Of a stretch of 64,000 bases of DNA, positions 48,101 to 58,839 are shown piece by piece (the stretch's first letter is position 1; each line of letters starts with the position of its first letter). The stretch lies in contig NC_082730.1 in the NCBI RefSeq assembly GCF_030144855.1, forward strand, positions 2,542,001 to 2,606,000, read 5' to 3'. This DNA comes from Hypanus sabinus. Lineage: Eukaryota. A model generated the notes under the pieces. It was not told the origin of the DNA. It saw only the letters and a list, made by a program, of their open reading frames with translations, and did not search any database. Both the position numbers and the translations under genes were made by a program.

Positions 48101-51100
48101 AGGAGCTCTCTAATCTATCCTTCCAAAGCACCGCCATAAGATTTTCTCGGACAAGCAATGCAACACCTCCTCCTCTGGCCCCTCCTACTCTATCACACCT
48201 GAAGCAACTAAATCCAGGAATATTTAGTTGCCAATCACACCCTTCCTGCAACCATGTTTCACTAATAGCTACAACATCATAATTCCAGGTATCAATCCAC
48301 GCTTTAAGCTCATCCACCTTTCTTACAATGCTCCTAGCATTAAAATAGATACATTTAAGATACTCTCCATCTCCTCCTCTCTTTCCATCCCTAACAATGC
48401 ATTCAAATTTATTATCCTTTTCTTTCTTCTCCCCTACATCTTCCGGTTGAGCGCATCCCTTCTCCATCACCTGCCTTTCCTCCCTCACACACTGTCTATT
48501 TACTTGCTCCACTGGTGAACTAACCTCTTCTCCCATAGTCTCCTCAAATAGTCTCCCGCCCCCCCCCCACCATCTTACTAGTTTAAAGTCCGCCCTGTAG
48601 CCCTAGCAAACCTCCCTGCCAGGATATTGGTCCTCCCACGATTCAAGTGTAACCCGTCCTTCTTGAACAGGTCACTCCTGCCCCAGAAGAGGTCCCAATG
48701 ATCCAGAAACTGGAATTCCTGCCCCCTGCTCCAATCCTACAACCACGCATTCATCCTCCACCTAATTCTATTCCTACTCTCACTGTCACGTGGCACAGGC
48801 AGTAATCCCGAGATTACTACCTTTGCAGTCCTTCTTCTTAACTGCCTTCCTAACTCCCTATACTCTCGTTTCAGGACCTCTTCCCCTTTCCTTCCTATGT
48901 CATTGGTACCTACATGTACCACGACCTCTGGCTCTTCACCCTACCATTTCAGGATATCTTGGACGCGATCAGAAACGTCCCGAACCCTGGCACCAGGGAG
49001 CCAAATTACCAACCGGGACTCCCAGTCACCTCCACAGAAACGCCTGTCTGAGCCCCTGACTATTGAGTCCCCTATTACCATGGACCTCTTTCTTCTAACC
49101 ATACCCTTCTGAGCGACAGGGCCATCCTCTGTGCCGGAGGCTCGGCCACTGTCACTCCCACCAGGTAGGCTGTCCCCCCACAACAGTACTCAAACATGAG
49201 TACTTATTGTCAAGGGGTACAGCCACTGGGGTACTCTCTAGTACCTGCCTCTTCCCCTTCCTGACTGTAACCCACCTATCTGCCTCCCGTGGTCCCGGAG
49301 TGACCACCTGCCTGTAACTCCTCTCTATCACCTCCTCACTCTCCCTGACCAGGCGAAGGTCATCGAGCTGCAGCTCCAGTTCCCTAACTCGGTCCCTCAC
49401 GATCTGCACCTGGCGCAGATGTGGAGGTCCGGGAGGCTGGGAGACTCCAGGATCTCCCACATCCGACACCGAGAACAACAAGCTGCCCTCACACTCGTAC
49501 CTCCCAAATAACTGAAAATACAAGAACTAAAAGATAAGCCTACTGTGCACTCTTCCGCCTAAGCCCTCTGAGCCCAAGCCCTACACTCTGCGCCCAGCTC
49601 ATTCCACTGCCCGCAAACGAAGCTGCCCGCTGCTTAAGGCTGTGTTCTTTATATATCGTCCCTCCTTCCCGGGCCTCCTTCACGCGTCTGCGCAGTCCCT
49701 CCTCTCAGAACTCCGATCTGAGAAGCAATTGGACAATTTGAAAATGGCCGTCGCCGCACTTCCTCTCAAGCCTCACTGTCCTCTTCCAAAAGAGTTATGG
49801 CTGCCATTTCATTAGCCACATGGTGCAGCTCTTCTTACGAAACTGACCCAGGTACTGCTCTCCAACTCTTCCTTAGTTACATGCACCAGAGACTGCACTG
49901 AGGACATTTCCTGTACCCATGTTAGTTTCATTAATTTGCCTACTAACTTACACCCTGTCCTCAAATGCACCCAGAACGTTTTTACGAAACAGACCTATAT
50001 GCCCCCCCCCAACTCTTCCTCAGCTACATTGACAGATACAGTGGTGACATTTCCTACAGCCATGTGGACTCATCAGCCTCATTAAGTTGCCTAATAACTT
50101 GCTCCCCATCCTCAAATTCACCCAAACCATCCACAGCTCTTCTCTCTCCTTTATTAATCTGTCTCCATCTCAAGAGACATTACCGTAAACCCACTGACTT
50201 CCACGGTTGCCACAAGTACACCTTCTCCCACCACGTCCCTTGTAAGGACTCCATTTCTTTCTCACTGTTTCTGTGTCTCACCTTGGGATGAGATCTTCCA
50301 GGCCGGAATGTCTAAAATATCCTTCATTTTCAAGAGCTGGTGCTACACCCACCCCCAGCACTGTGGTAGATGAAATCCTCATGCTCATATCCTCTGTTTA
50401 ACAAACTTCTGGTCTCGCCTCACTTACCCTCTGACAGAACAAGAATAGAGTTCCCTTGGCCCTTTCATCCCACTGGCTGATTCATTCAGCACATCAGTCA
50501 ACATTTCTGCCAGTTATCAGATGATCTCATCACCAGGTTACCTCTTTCCCTGTTCACCTCAAGATCCCTCAATATTTTCCATAGGAACCACACTCTCCAT
50601 GATTCACTAGCTCACCAATCCATCCCCCTCCCCAACACTTTGTTCTGTGACTTTAAGAGGAGCAACACTTGTCCCTACACCTCCTCCCTCCTTCATCACC
50701 TTTCAGATAAGGCAGACATTCACATGACCCTCCTCCAATCTTGTCTACCTCATTGAGAACTCCTCTGCACTGGTGATATGAAGAACAGACTGAGTCATTT
50801 TAAATCTCGTCTCCGTTCCCATTCCGACATGTCTGCCCTTAGCCTCCTCCACTTCTAGAATGAGGCCAAACACAACTAGAAGAACAGCACCTTATATTTT
50901 GTCTGGGTAGTCTACAACCCAATGCCATGTCTATGATTGAATTCTCCAATCTCAGATAAACCACTCCTCCTCCATTCTATTTCTTTCTCCTAATCTGCCC
51001 AGTTCCTCCTACACCCAGCATACCCTCCCTGCCACCCATCAATCCATTTCTTTCCTCCTTCTTTCCCTTTCTCCACCCTCTCCATCTGCCTATCACCTGC

Positions 51101-51300
51101 ACACTCCTCCCACTAGATCCACCCCACCTCTCTTATTTGGTTCCATGTCCCACTTCATTTCCTATCAGATTCCATCATCTGCAGCCCTTCATCTCCTCTA
51201 CCTGTCACCTCCCAGCCTTTGTCACTATTTCAACTCTCCTCTCCTTCTTCTGCCTGTCATCCCATCATCTGGGTCCACCAGTCATTGCCAAAATCCCACT
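45140..51300 (+). mobile_element. Penelope-like element (RT plus GIY-YIG), heavily decayed, split by a full-length CR1 (parts ~45140-45491 and 49793-51300)
   Basis: LLNMTQLVLSLNNF..KCVAMDTQMGPSY then SYGCHF..LFLSYID, YRKPTD..SHHVPCKDSISFSLFL, FQIRQTFT, and EQHLIFCLGSLQP near 50885. Confidence 0.85.
45492..49792 (-). mobile_element. Full-length CR1 LINE (4.3 kb): 5'UTR, ORF1 with SGNH esterase, ORF2 endonuclease and RT
   Basis: TSD AGTTAT (45486-45491 and 49793-49798); ORF2 pieces 48536-46503, 46506-45961 and 45951-45565; ORF1 pieces 49500-48580 with GDSIVRG and GTNDIG. Confidence 0.97.
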
Positions 51301-51304
51301 CTCT

Positions 51305-53400
51305 TATAGAACCATAGAACCATAAAACACTACAGCACAGTACAGGCCCTTCAGCCCTCCATGTTGTGTCAACCCATATAATCCTTTAAAAAAAATACTA
51401 ACCCCACACTACACCATAACCCTCTATTTTTCTTTCATCCATGTGCCTGTCCAAGAGGCTCTTAAGTATCCCTAATGTTTTAGTCTCCACCACCATCCCT
51501 GACAAGTCATTCCAGGCACTCACAACCCTCTGTGTAAAGAAAACTTACCCCTGATGTCTCCCCTAAACTTTCCTCCCTTAATTTTGTACATATGCCCTCT
51601 GGTGTTTGCTATTGGTGTCCTGTGAAACAGGTACTGGCTATCCACCCTATCTATCTCTCTCATAATCTTGTAGACCTCTATCCAGCCCCCTCTCATCCTT
51701 CTACGCTCCAAAGAGAAAAGTCCCAGCTCTGCTAACCTTGCTTCATATGACTTGTTTTCCAATCCAGGCAACATCCTGGTAAATCTCCTGTGCACCCTCT
51801 CCATAGCTTCCACATCCTTCCTATAATGAGGTGACCAGAATTGAACACAATACTTTAAGTATGGTCTCACTGGAGATTTGTAGAGTTGCAGCATGACCTC
51901 TTTACTCTTGAACTCAATCCCCCTGTTAATGGAGCCAAGCATCCCATAGGCTTTCTTAACTAGCCTATCAACCTGTGCAGGGACCTTGAGGGATGCATGG
52001 ATTTGAACCCCAAGGTCCCTTTTTCATCAGCACTCTTAAGTAACTGACTATTAATCCTGTACTCAGTCTTCTGGTTTGTCCTTCCAAAATGCATCACCTC
52101 ACACTCATCCAGATTGAACTCCATCTGCCATTTTTCTGCCCAACTCTGCAGCGTGTTTAGTGGTAGTAGTCTCGCGAAGTCCAAGGAAGATGAATGTGTT
52201 GAGCAGTCAACGTCTGTGGGCACGCATATGACTTCCGAGGCCGAAGTCCGAAGCGCAGATACGGTCGCAGATGGGGCAAGGAGCACTGCCTGTTGGGACA
52301 GGAGCGGACGCCTTCCTGTATCTTTCTTGACTCTCCTTGAGGCGCTGCATGCGCCAGTTGGCTTGGAAGTTATTTGCTGCCTTGGAGCATAGATTGCGCC
52401 ATTTGGACCGATCAGCAGCAGTGTGTTCGAGATCGCGGGGCTGGAGTTTGGCCCACTTAAGGTTTGACTTGAGGTTGTCCTTGTACCTCTTCCTCGGGCG
52501 ACCTCGGTTGCTCTGCTCCAGTTCTCTGTAGAACAACTGACGCAGCATTCTGGACTCATCCATGCAGATCACGTGGCCGGTCCATCTGAGCTGAGCCTTC
52601 AAAACCTTGGCATCAATTCTTATGGAATTGGCTCAGTCCAGGACTGTCAGGTTGGAGATACGGTCTTGCCAGTGGATTTGCATGATTGATCTCAGAGCGC
52701 GATTGTGGAATAGTTCAAGCTGTTTGACATGTCTGTGATACAGTGTCCAGGTTTCACAGCCATATAGAAGTGATGAGACCACAACAGTATTGTAAACCTT
52801 CAGTTTAGTGGAGAGGCGAATGTCTTTGTGCTGCAGAACTTTGACCCGGAGCCTTCCAAGTGCCTGGCTTGCTTTCTGGATCCTTGACGTGATTTCTTTA
52901 TCAAGGGCACTGTCGCTGGAGATGGTACTCCCCAGGTATTTGAAGTTGTTAAGGTTCCATAGTTGTGTGTCTTCGATGGTGATGCATGGCTGTGGCGGGG
53001 CGCTGTTAGGTGCAGGCTGCAGGAAGACCTCTGTTTTACCGAGTCTGATTGTCAAGCTGAACAACTCAGATGTAGCGGAGAATATGCTGACCATTGTTTG
53101 TAGGTGGCCCTCTTCGTGCACCATGAGTGTGCAGTCTTCTGCAAAGAGCACTTCTATGAACAGCTTTCGGAGGGTCTTTGTGTGTGCTGCAGGGTGACGT
53201 AGGTCAAAGAGTGACCCGTCCAGGGTCACTCCAAGGTTATCCTCTTGTAACCTTCTACAGACTTCAGCTCCATCCACAACTCTTCCAATCATCGTATCAT
53301 CCGCAAACTACTCACCCATCCTTCCACCTCTACATCCAGGTCATTTATAAAAATCACAAATAGCAGGGGTCCCAGGACAGATCCCTGCGGCACTCCACTT
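51305..53400 (-). mobile_element. 5'-truncated CR1 LINE with a nested RTE
   Basis: LQLYKSPVRPYLKYCVQFW (ORF 51520-51942); RRLQEDN and LQSWAEKW halves on either side of the RTE. Confidence 0.9.
52152..53232 (-). mobile_element. RTE-clade LINE 3' fragment
   Basis: LFAEDC, FKYLGSTIS, RIQKASQALGRL, LLYGCETWTLY, QLRWTGHVICM, C-terminal CPICDRIC..GLGSHMRAH, short cta-rich tail. Confidence 0.9.
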
Positions 53401-53520
53401 ATTATCATTTAATTATTTATGGTTTTATATAGCTATATTTCTACACTATTCTTTGTTGGTGCGGCTGTAACGAAACCCAGTTTCCCTCGGGATCAATAAA
53501 GTATGTCTGTCTGTCTGTCA
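53400..53520 (+). mobile_element. LINE 3' tail with (TGTC)n end
   Basis: gtttccctcgggatcaataaagtatgtctgtctgtctgtc. Confidence 0.6.
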
Positions 53521-54019
53521 GTCAAGCCCACTGCTCTCTCTGCCATCCTTCTTCATTCGCTTTGCCTGGCACCCCTGCTGCCATTCCCAGTCTACATTTT
53601 TCCTCCCTCCCCACACCTAACTTTCATACTTCCCTTCTCTTTCCCATTCTACCACTTCTAATCTCCTCACATCTCTCCCCATGCACCCTCCATACCACTC
53701 CCTCCTCTCAACTCTCCAGCATCCTCTCCTTCCCTGTGCCTTTTGTCACTCCTTCCCTCCACTGTCTCTCCCCAGCTGTTCCTCCTCCCTCCTCTCTCTG
53801 TACTCCATATCTCATATCTCATCCCCTCTGCTTTCCATTCAACCTACCCATCCATCTGTCTGTGTGTGTGTGTTGGGGAGGGGGGGGGGGCTCGGCCAGA
53901 ACCAGGAGAAAAGAGAGGCAAGAAGGAAAGGAGACAGAATGGGAAAAATGGAGGGGAGGATAATGGGTATAGGGAGAAAGGAAGAGGTGATAGGGAGTCA
54001 TTCAGCCTTGTGCCTCTGA

Positions 54020-54720
54020 GATTCAAGATTCAAGATTCAAAAACTGTATTGTCATTCTAACCGTACATCAGCTCTGCAGGGCAGAATGAGACAACATTTC
54101 CCAGGAGCAGCCCAATCATAACATAACAAACGAAACTCTAAACAATAAACATAACAATAAATCGTAAAACACAACAGCCACATGTCAGTTAAAAACAAGT
54201 TATAAGTGTCCAGTGCAAGTTCAAAGTGTCCAAAGCAGAGTCAGGTAGAGCAGTTATTTAGCAGTCTGACTTCCTGTGGGAGGAAGCTGTTTAGTAGCCT
54301 TGTGGTTTTAGTTTTCATGCTCCTGTAATGTTTACCTGATAGCAGAAGAACAAACAGTTCATGGAGAGGGTGTGAGGGGTCTTTAATGATGTACTGTGTC
54401 TTCTGGAGGCATCGACTCTGTAAGAGGTCTTGGACAGAAGGTAGGGAGACCCCCAATAACCTTCTCTGCTCCCCTAACCACCCTCTGCAAGGCTTTTTGT
54501 CGACAGCACTGCAGCTGGAGTACCAGGTTGTGATGCAAAAGGTCAACACACTCTCAACCACACCTCTGTAGAATGTAGTTAAGATGTTAGTGGGGAGTGA
54601 TGCTTGTTTAAGCTTCCTCAGAAAGTACAATCTCTGCTGGGCTCTTTTCACAATCCCAGTGGTGTTCCTGTGCCTCTGGCTTCTGCCCAAGAGCTGATTA
54701 TTGGCTGTAGAAGGAGGAAA
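54020..54720 (-). mobile_element. Rex1/Babar-type LINE 3' fragment
   Basis: KRAQQRLYFLRKLK..FYRGVVESVLTFCITTWY (ORF 54241-54765), (TTGAATC)n tail. Confidence 0.85.
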
Positions 54721-54809
54721 CCATGAGCCAGAACTCATCAGCAGATCAGTGGTGTCAAGGGACAATGATTTTAAATTCCATGGTGTTATTTAAGAGCATC
54801 AGTCCTGCG

Positions 54810-55150
54810 TAACACATGAGTGCAATTGTGAAGAAAGATCAGCAGCATATTTACTTTCATAAGAGTTTACAAAGATTCAGAATGACATCTAAAACCTTAA
54901 CAAACTTCCATAAATGTGTCATGGACAGTATACTGATTGACTGCATCACAGCCTGGTATGGAAACAGCAATGTCTTTGAATGGAAAATCTTAGAAGAAGG
55001 TAGTGTATACAGCCCGACCATCATGGGTAATGTGGTCCCACCATTAAGTACAATTACACTCAGTTCAGCCAGTTGCTGTTGAAAGAAGTTCCCATGTGTT
55101 CTGTGCCCTCTCTCCTGACCCCTACTGACACACCTCCATAAAAAATCCAC
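54810..55150 (+). mobile_element. Rex-type LINE 3' fragment
   Basis: KKDQQHIYF..LTNFHKCVMDSILIDCITAWYG. Confidence 0.75.
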
Positions 55151-55189
55151 ACAGTCCTATTTATGGGGCTGTGTCCCAGCAATTCTCTC

Positions 55190-57120
55190 CAATTCCTGCT
55201 TTGACAAGTGAAATCAGAGCCAAAGTAAAAGCAAAAGAGTGGTCATACAATGAAGCCAAAGCTAGTGGCAAGATAGAGGATTGGGAAGCTTTTAAAAACT
55301 TGCAGAAAGAAACTAAGAAGGTCATTAGGAAGGAAAAGATGGATTATGAAAGGAAGCTGGCGACTAATACCAAAGAAGATACTAAAAGCTTCTCTAAGAA
55401 TATAAAGGGTAAAAGAGAGTTGAGGGTAGATATGGAACCAATACAAAATGACGCTGGAGGTATTGTAACGAGAGACACAGAGATGGCAGAGGAATTGAAT
55501 GCATATTTTGCATCAGTCTTTACAGTGGAAGACATCTGCAGTATACAGGACCTTCAAAAGCGTGTCAGGGAGGTGAAGTATGTGCAGTAAAATTTACAAC
55601 TGAGAAGGTGCTCAGGAGGCTGAACGGTCTGAGGGTGGATAAATCTCCTGGACCTGATGGAATGCACCCTTGGGGTCTGCAGGAAGTAGCTGGAGCGATT
55701 GTGAAGGCATGAACAATAATCTGTCAAGAATCGATAAATTCTGGCAATGTACAAGATGACTGGAAAATTGTAAATGTTACTCCACTATTTAAGAAGGGTG
55801 GACAGCAGCAGAAAGTACTTATAGATCTGTTAGCCTGAAGTTGTTGGAATCGATAGTTAGGGATGAGATTATGGAGTAACTGGAGGCATGTGACAAGATA
55901 GGCCAAAGGAAAATCCTTCCTGACTAACCTACTGCAATTTTTTGAGGAAATTCCAAGCAGGGTAGACAAAAGAGATGCAGTGGATGTGGAGTACTTGGAT
56001 TTTCAGAAGGCATTTGACAAGGTGCCACACAGGAGGCTGCTTAGCAAGATAAGATCCCATGGAGTTACAGGGAAATTACTAGTATGGGTGGAGCATTGGT
56101 TGATCGGCAGAAAGCAGAGAGTGGGAATAAAGGGATCATATTCTGGTTGGCTGCTGGTTACCAGTGGAGTTCCACAGAGGTCGGTGTTGGGACCGCTGCT
56201 TTTTATGATGTATCTCAATGATTTAGACTATGGGATTTAGCGAATTGTGGCTGAATTTGCTGATGATTCAAAGATCAGTGGAGTGAGACTTAGATAGTTT
56301 AGGGGAATGGGCAAAGAAATGACAAATGAAATACAATGTTGGAAAGTGTAGGGTTATACACTTTGGTGGAAGAAATAAATGGGCAGACTATTATTTAGAT
56401 AGGGAGAGAATTCAAAATGCAGAGATACAAAGGGACTTGGGAGTCCTTGTGCAGGATACCCTAAAGGTTAACCTCCAGGTTGAGTCAGTAGTGAAAAAGG
56501 CAAATACAATGTTGGCATTCATTTTTGGAGGTATAGAATATAAGAGCAGGGATGTGATGTTGAGGCTCCATAAGGCACTCATGAGACCACACCTGGAGTA
56601 TTGTGTGCAGTTTTGAGCTCCTTATTTCAGCAAGGATATACCGACACTGGAGAGTGTTCAGAGAAGACTTACGAAAATGATTCCAGGAATGAAGGGCTTA
56701 CCATATGAGGAATGTCTGGAAGCTCTTGGGCTGTATTCCCTGGAGTTCAGGAGAATGAGGTGGGATCTCATAGAAACATTCCAAATGTTAAAAGGCCTAA
56801 TAGATTAAATACGGCAAAGTTATTTCCCATGGTAGGCGAGTCTAGGACAAGAGAGCACAACTTCAGGATTGAAGGACATCCATTTAGAACAGGAATGCAG
56901 AGAAAGTGCTTTAGTCAGGGTGTAGTAAATCCATGGAATTTGTTGCTATGAGCAGCTGGGGAGACCAAGACATTGGGTGTATTTAAGGCAGAGATAGGTT
57001 CTTGATTAGCCAGAGCATCAAGGATATGGGGAGAAGGCAGGGGAGTGGGGATGACTTGAAGAATTGGATCAGCCATGATTGAATGGCCTACTTCTGTTCC
57101 TAAATCTTATGGTCTTATGT
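55190..57120 (+). mobile_element. CR1 LINE ORF2 3' portion, decayed
   Basis: DVEYLDFQKAFDKVPH, TSGVPQRSVLGPLLF, MRPHLEYCVQF, tail cttatggtcttatg. Confidence 0.92.
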
Positions 57121-57819
57121 CTTTATCTTTTACCATTAATATGAGTGGTCCCAGTGTCCCTTCCACGCACAAATGTGACCCAGTCAGATATGAATCTGGT
57201 CCAAGAGCAGCAGCCCTGGGACTGTTAGGTCAGACCCAGACTGGGACTGTGTGATGATCCAGAGTGAACCTGGTGCTGGACCTGGGTCTCACCCTCTCCC
57301 CACTGAGACATTCCACAGCTCACAGATCAGGGGTGTAAGCAGAAAGCTCAATGGTTCAACATTCAATGTTTAATTTTATATCAGGGAAGGTATACAGTAC
57401 AGAACCTGAAATTACTACTCTTAACTGACATCCACATTACACAAGGAAACCTAAAGAATGAATGCCAGGAAACATTATAAACCAAAGGTCCCTCCTTTCC
57501 CCCCTCACATACCAGAAACAGAAAATCATCAGCCCTCCTCCGTCATATTTCTCCCACTTGTTCTAGCAGAAAGCATCAGCCCCACCACCGCACCACCCAC
57601 CATGCAGGCGATAGCAAAGCCCTGAAAGAGATCATAAACTAGAGACCATCAGAAACCACTGTTCATCCAACCAGTTTGACCCCCACAGGCTCTCGTTCGC
57701 TCACTGGCAAGGGAGAGAGGTATCAGCCCTGCCACAGTGACAGAGGAGGCAAACAGCTTGCTCTTTCAAAGCTGGAGACTGTCACATTGCTTTATTTCAA
57801 GCACCCCTGACTCAAGCAA

Positions 57820-58835
57820 ATCCATCCCCCTTCTCACTCCATCCTCCTCTCCCCTCACCCGTCTCTCCTTTTCCCTCATCCCTCTCACCCTCTAATCCTC
57901 TCTCCCCAAATGCATTATCCTCCCCGCTACTCCCATCTGCCCTAAGCCCCTATAAACTCCGTCCCATGCCCTTGCCTCTACACCTTTCTCCTCCTGTTAC
58001 ACCTCCCTTTACACCTCCCCTCTCCCCTCCCCTCACCCCACGCTCCCCACTCCCCCTGTTTCCCCTACTCCCCACTCCCACTTCTCCCTCACACCCTCCC
58101 CAACTCTACCCCATACTCCCTCTCCTCTGACCCCTATTCCCCTCTCTCCCTCTACACCCTTTCCTCTCCCCCACTTCCCCCTCTGCCCCACCAGTCTCCA
58201 CCACACACCTTTCACCCTCTTCCTTCTCCCTCAGCCCTTTCCCTCCAGTCTTGTTTTCACCCTCCCATCCCCCATCCCTCTCCCCCATTCTCCACTCAAC
58301 CCCCAACTCCCACACTCTCCCCCTCACTACCCCTCCCCATTCCCCCTCCTCTCCCTCTTCCCCCTCCTTTATACTCTCTCCCACAATGACTCCCACTCCA
58401 CACTCTCCATCACTCACATCTCCAACAGTACCCCACTCTCCTCCTCTTCCCCCTACCCTCCCCTTTCCTCCTCTTCCCCTCTACCCCACTCTTCTCTTCT
58501 CTCTCCCAAACTCACCCCCTCTCTCCCTTCAACACCTCGCCCCTCTTCTTCCCCTTGTCCCCAACTTCTCTTTCCCCCTCTCCCCCACCACCCAACCCAT
58601 CCATTTTCTTCCCCCTCTTTCACTCTCTGTCTACACCCTTCAGCCATCTCTACCCTCTCACCTCCTCCCAATCCTCCCTACCTCACTTCCCCCTTTCTGC
58701 TCACTCTCCCCTCTCAATCTCCCCCCACTCCCTCTCTCCTCTTGCTCCCTCTTACCATTCCTCTTTCCTCTCCTCTCCCATTGCCCATTCTACTCCTCTC
58801 CATCCCCAATGCTCCTTGCTCACTGTCCCCTTAAC
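57820..58835. repeat. ~1-kb C/T-rich low-complexity tract
   Basis: Plus strand almost devoid of G; gives Pro/Ser/Leu-rich and Gly/Glu-rich spurious ORFs. Confidence 0.9.
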
Positions 58836-58839
58836 CACC

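Noticed and set aside
57254-57340. Candidate leader exon for the IgV exon (ATG at 57254, GTAAGC at 57335)
   Set aside because: The ATG frame is not hydrophobic and ends in phase 0, incompatible with the phase-1 acceptor at 62668.
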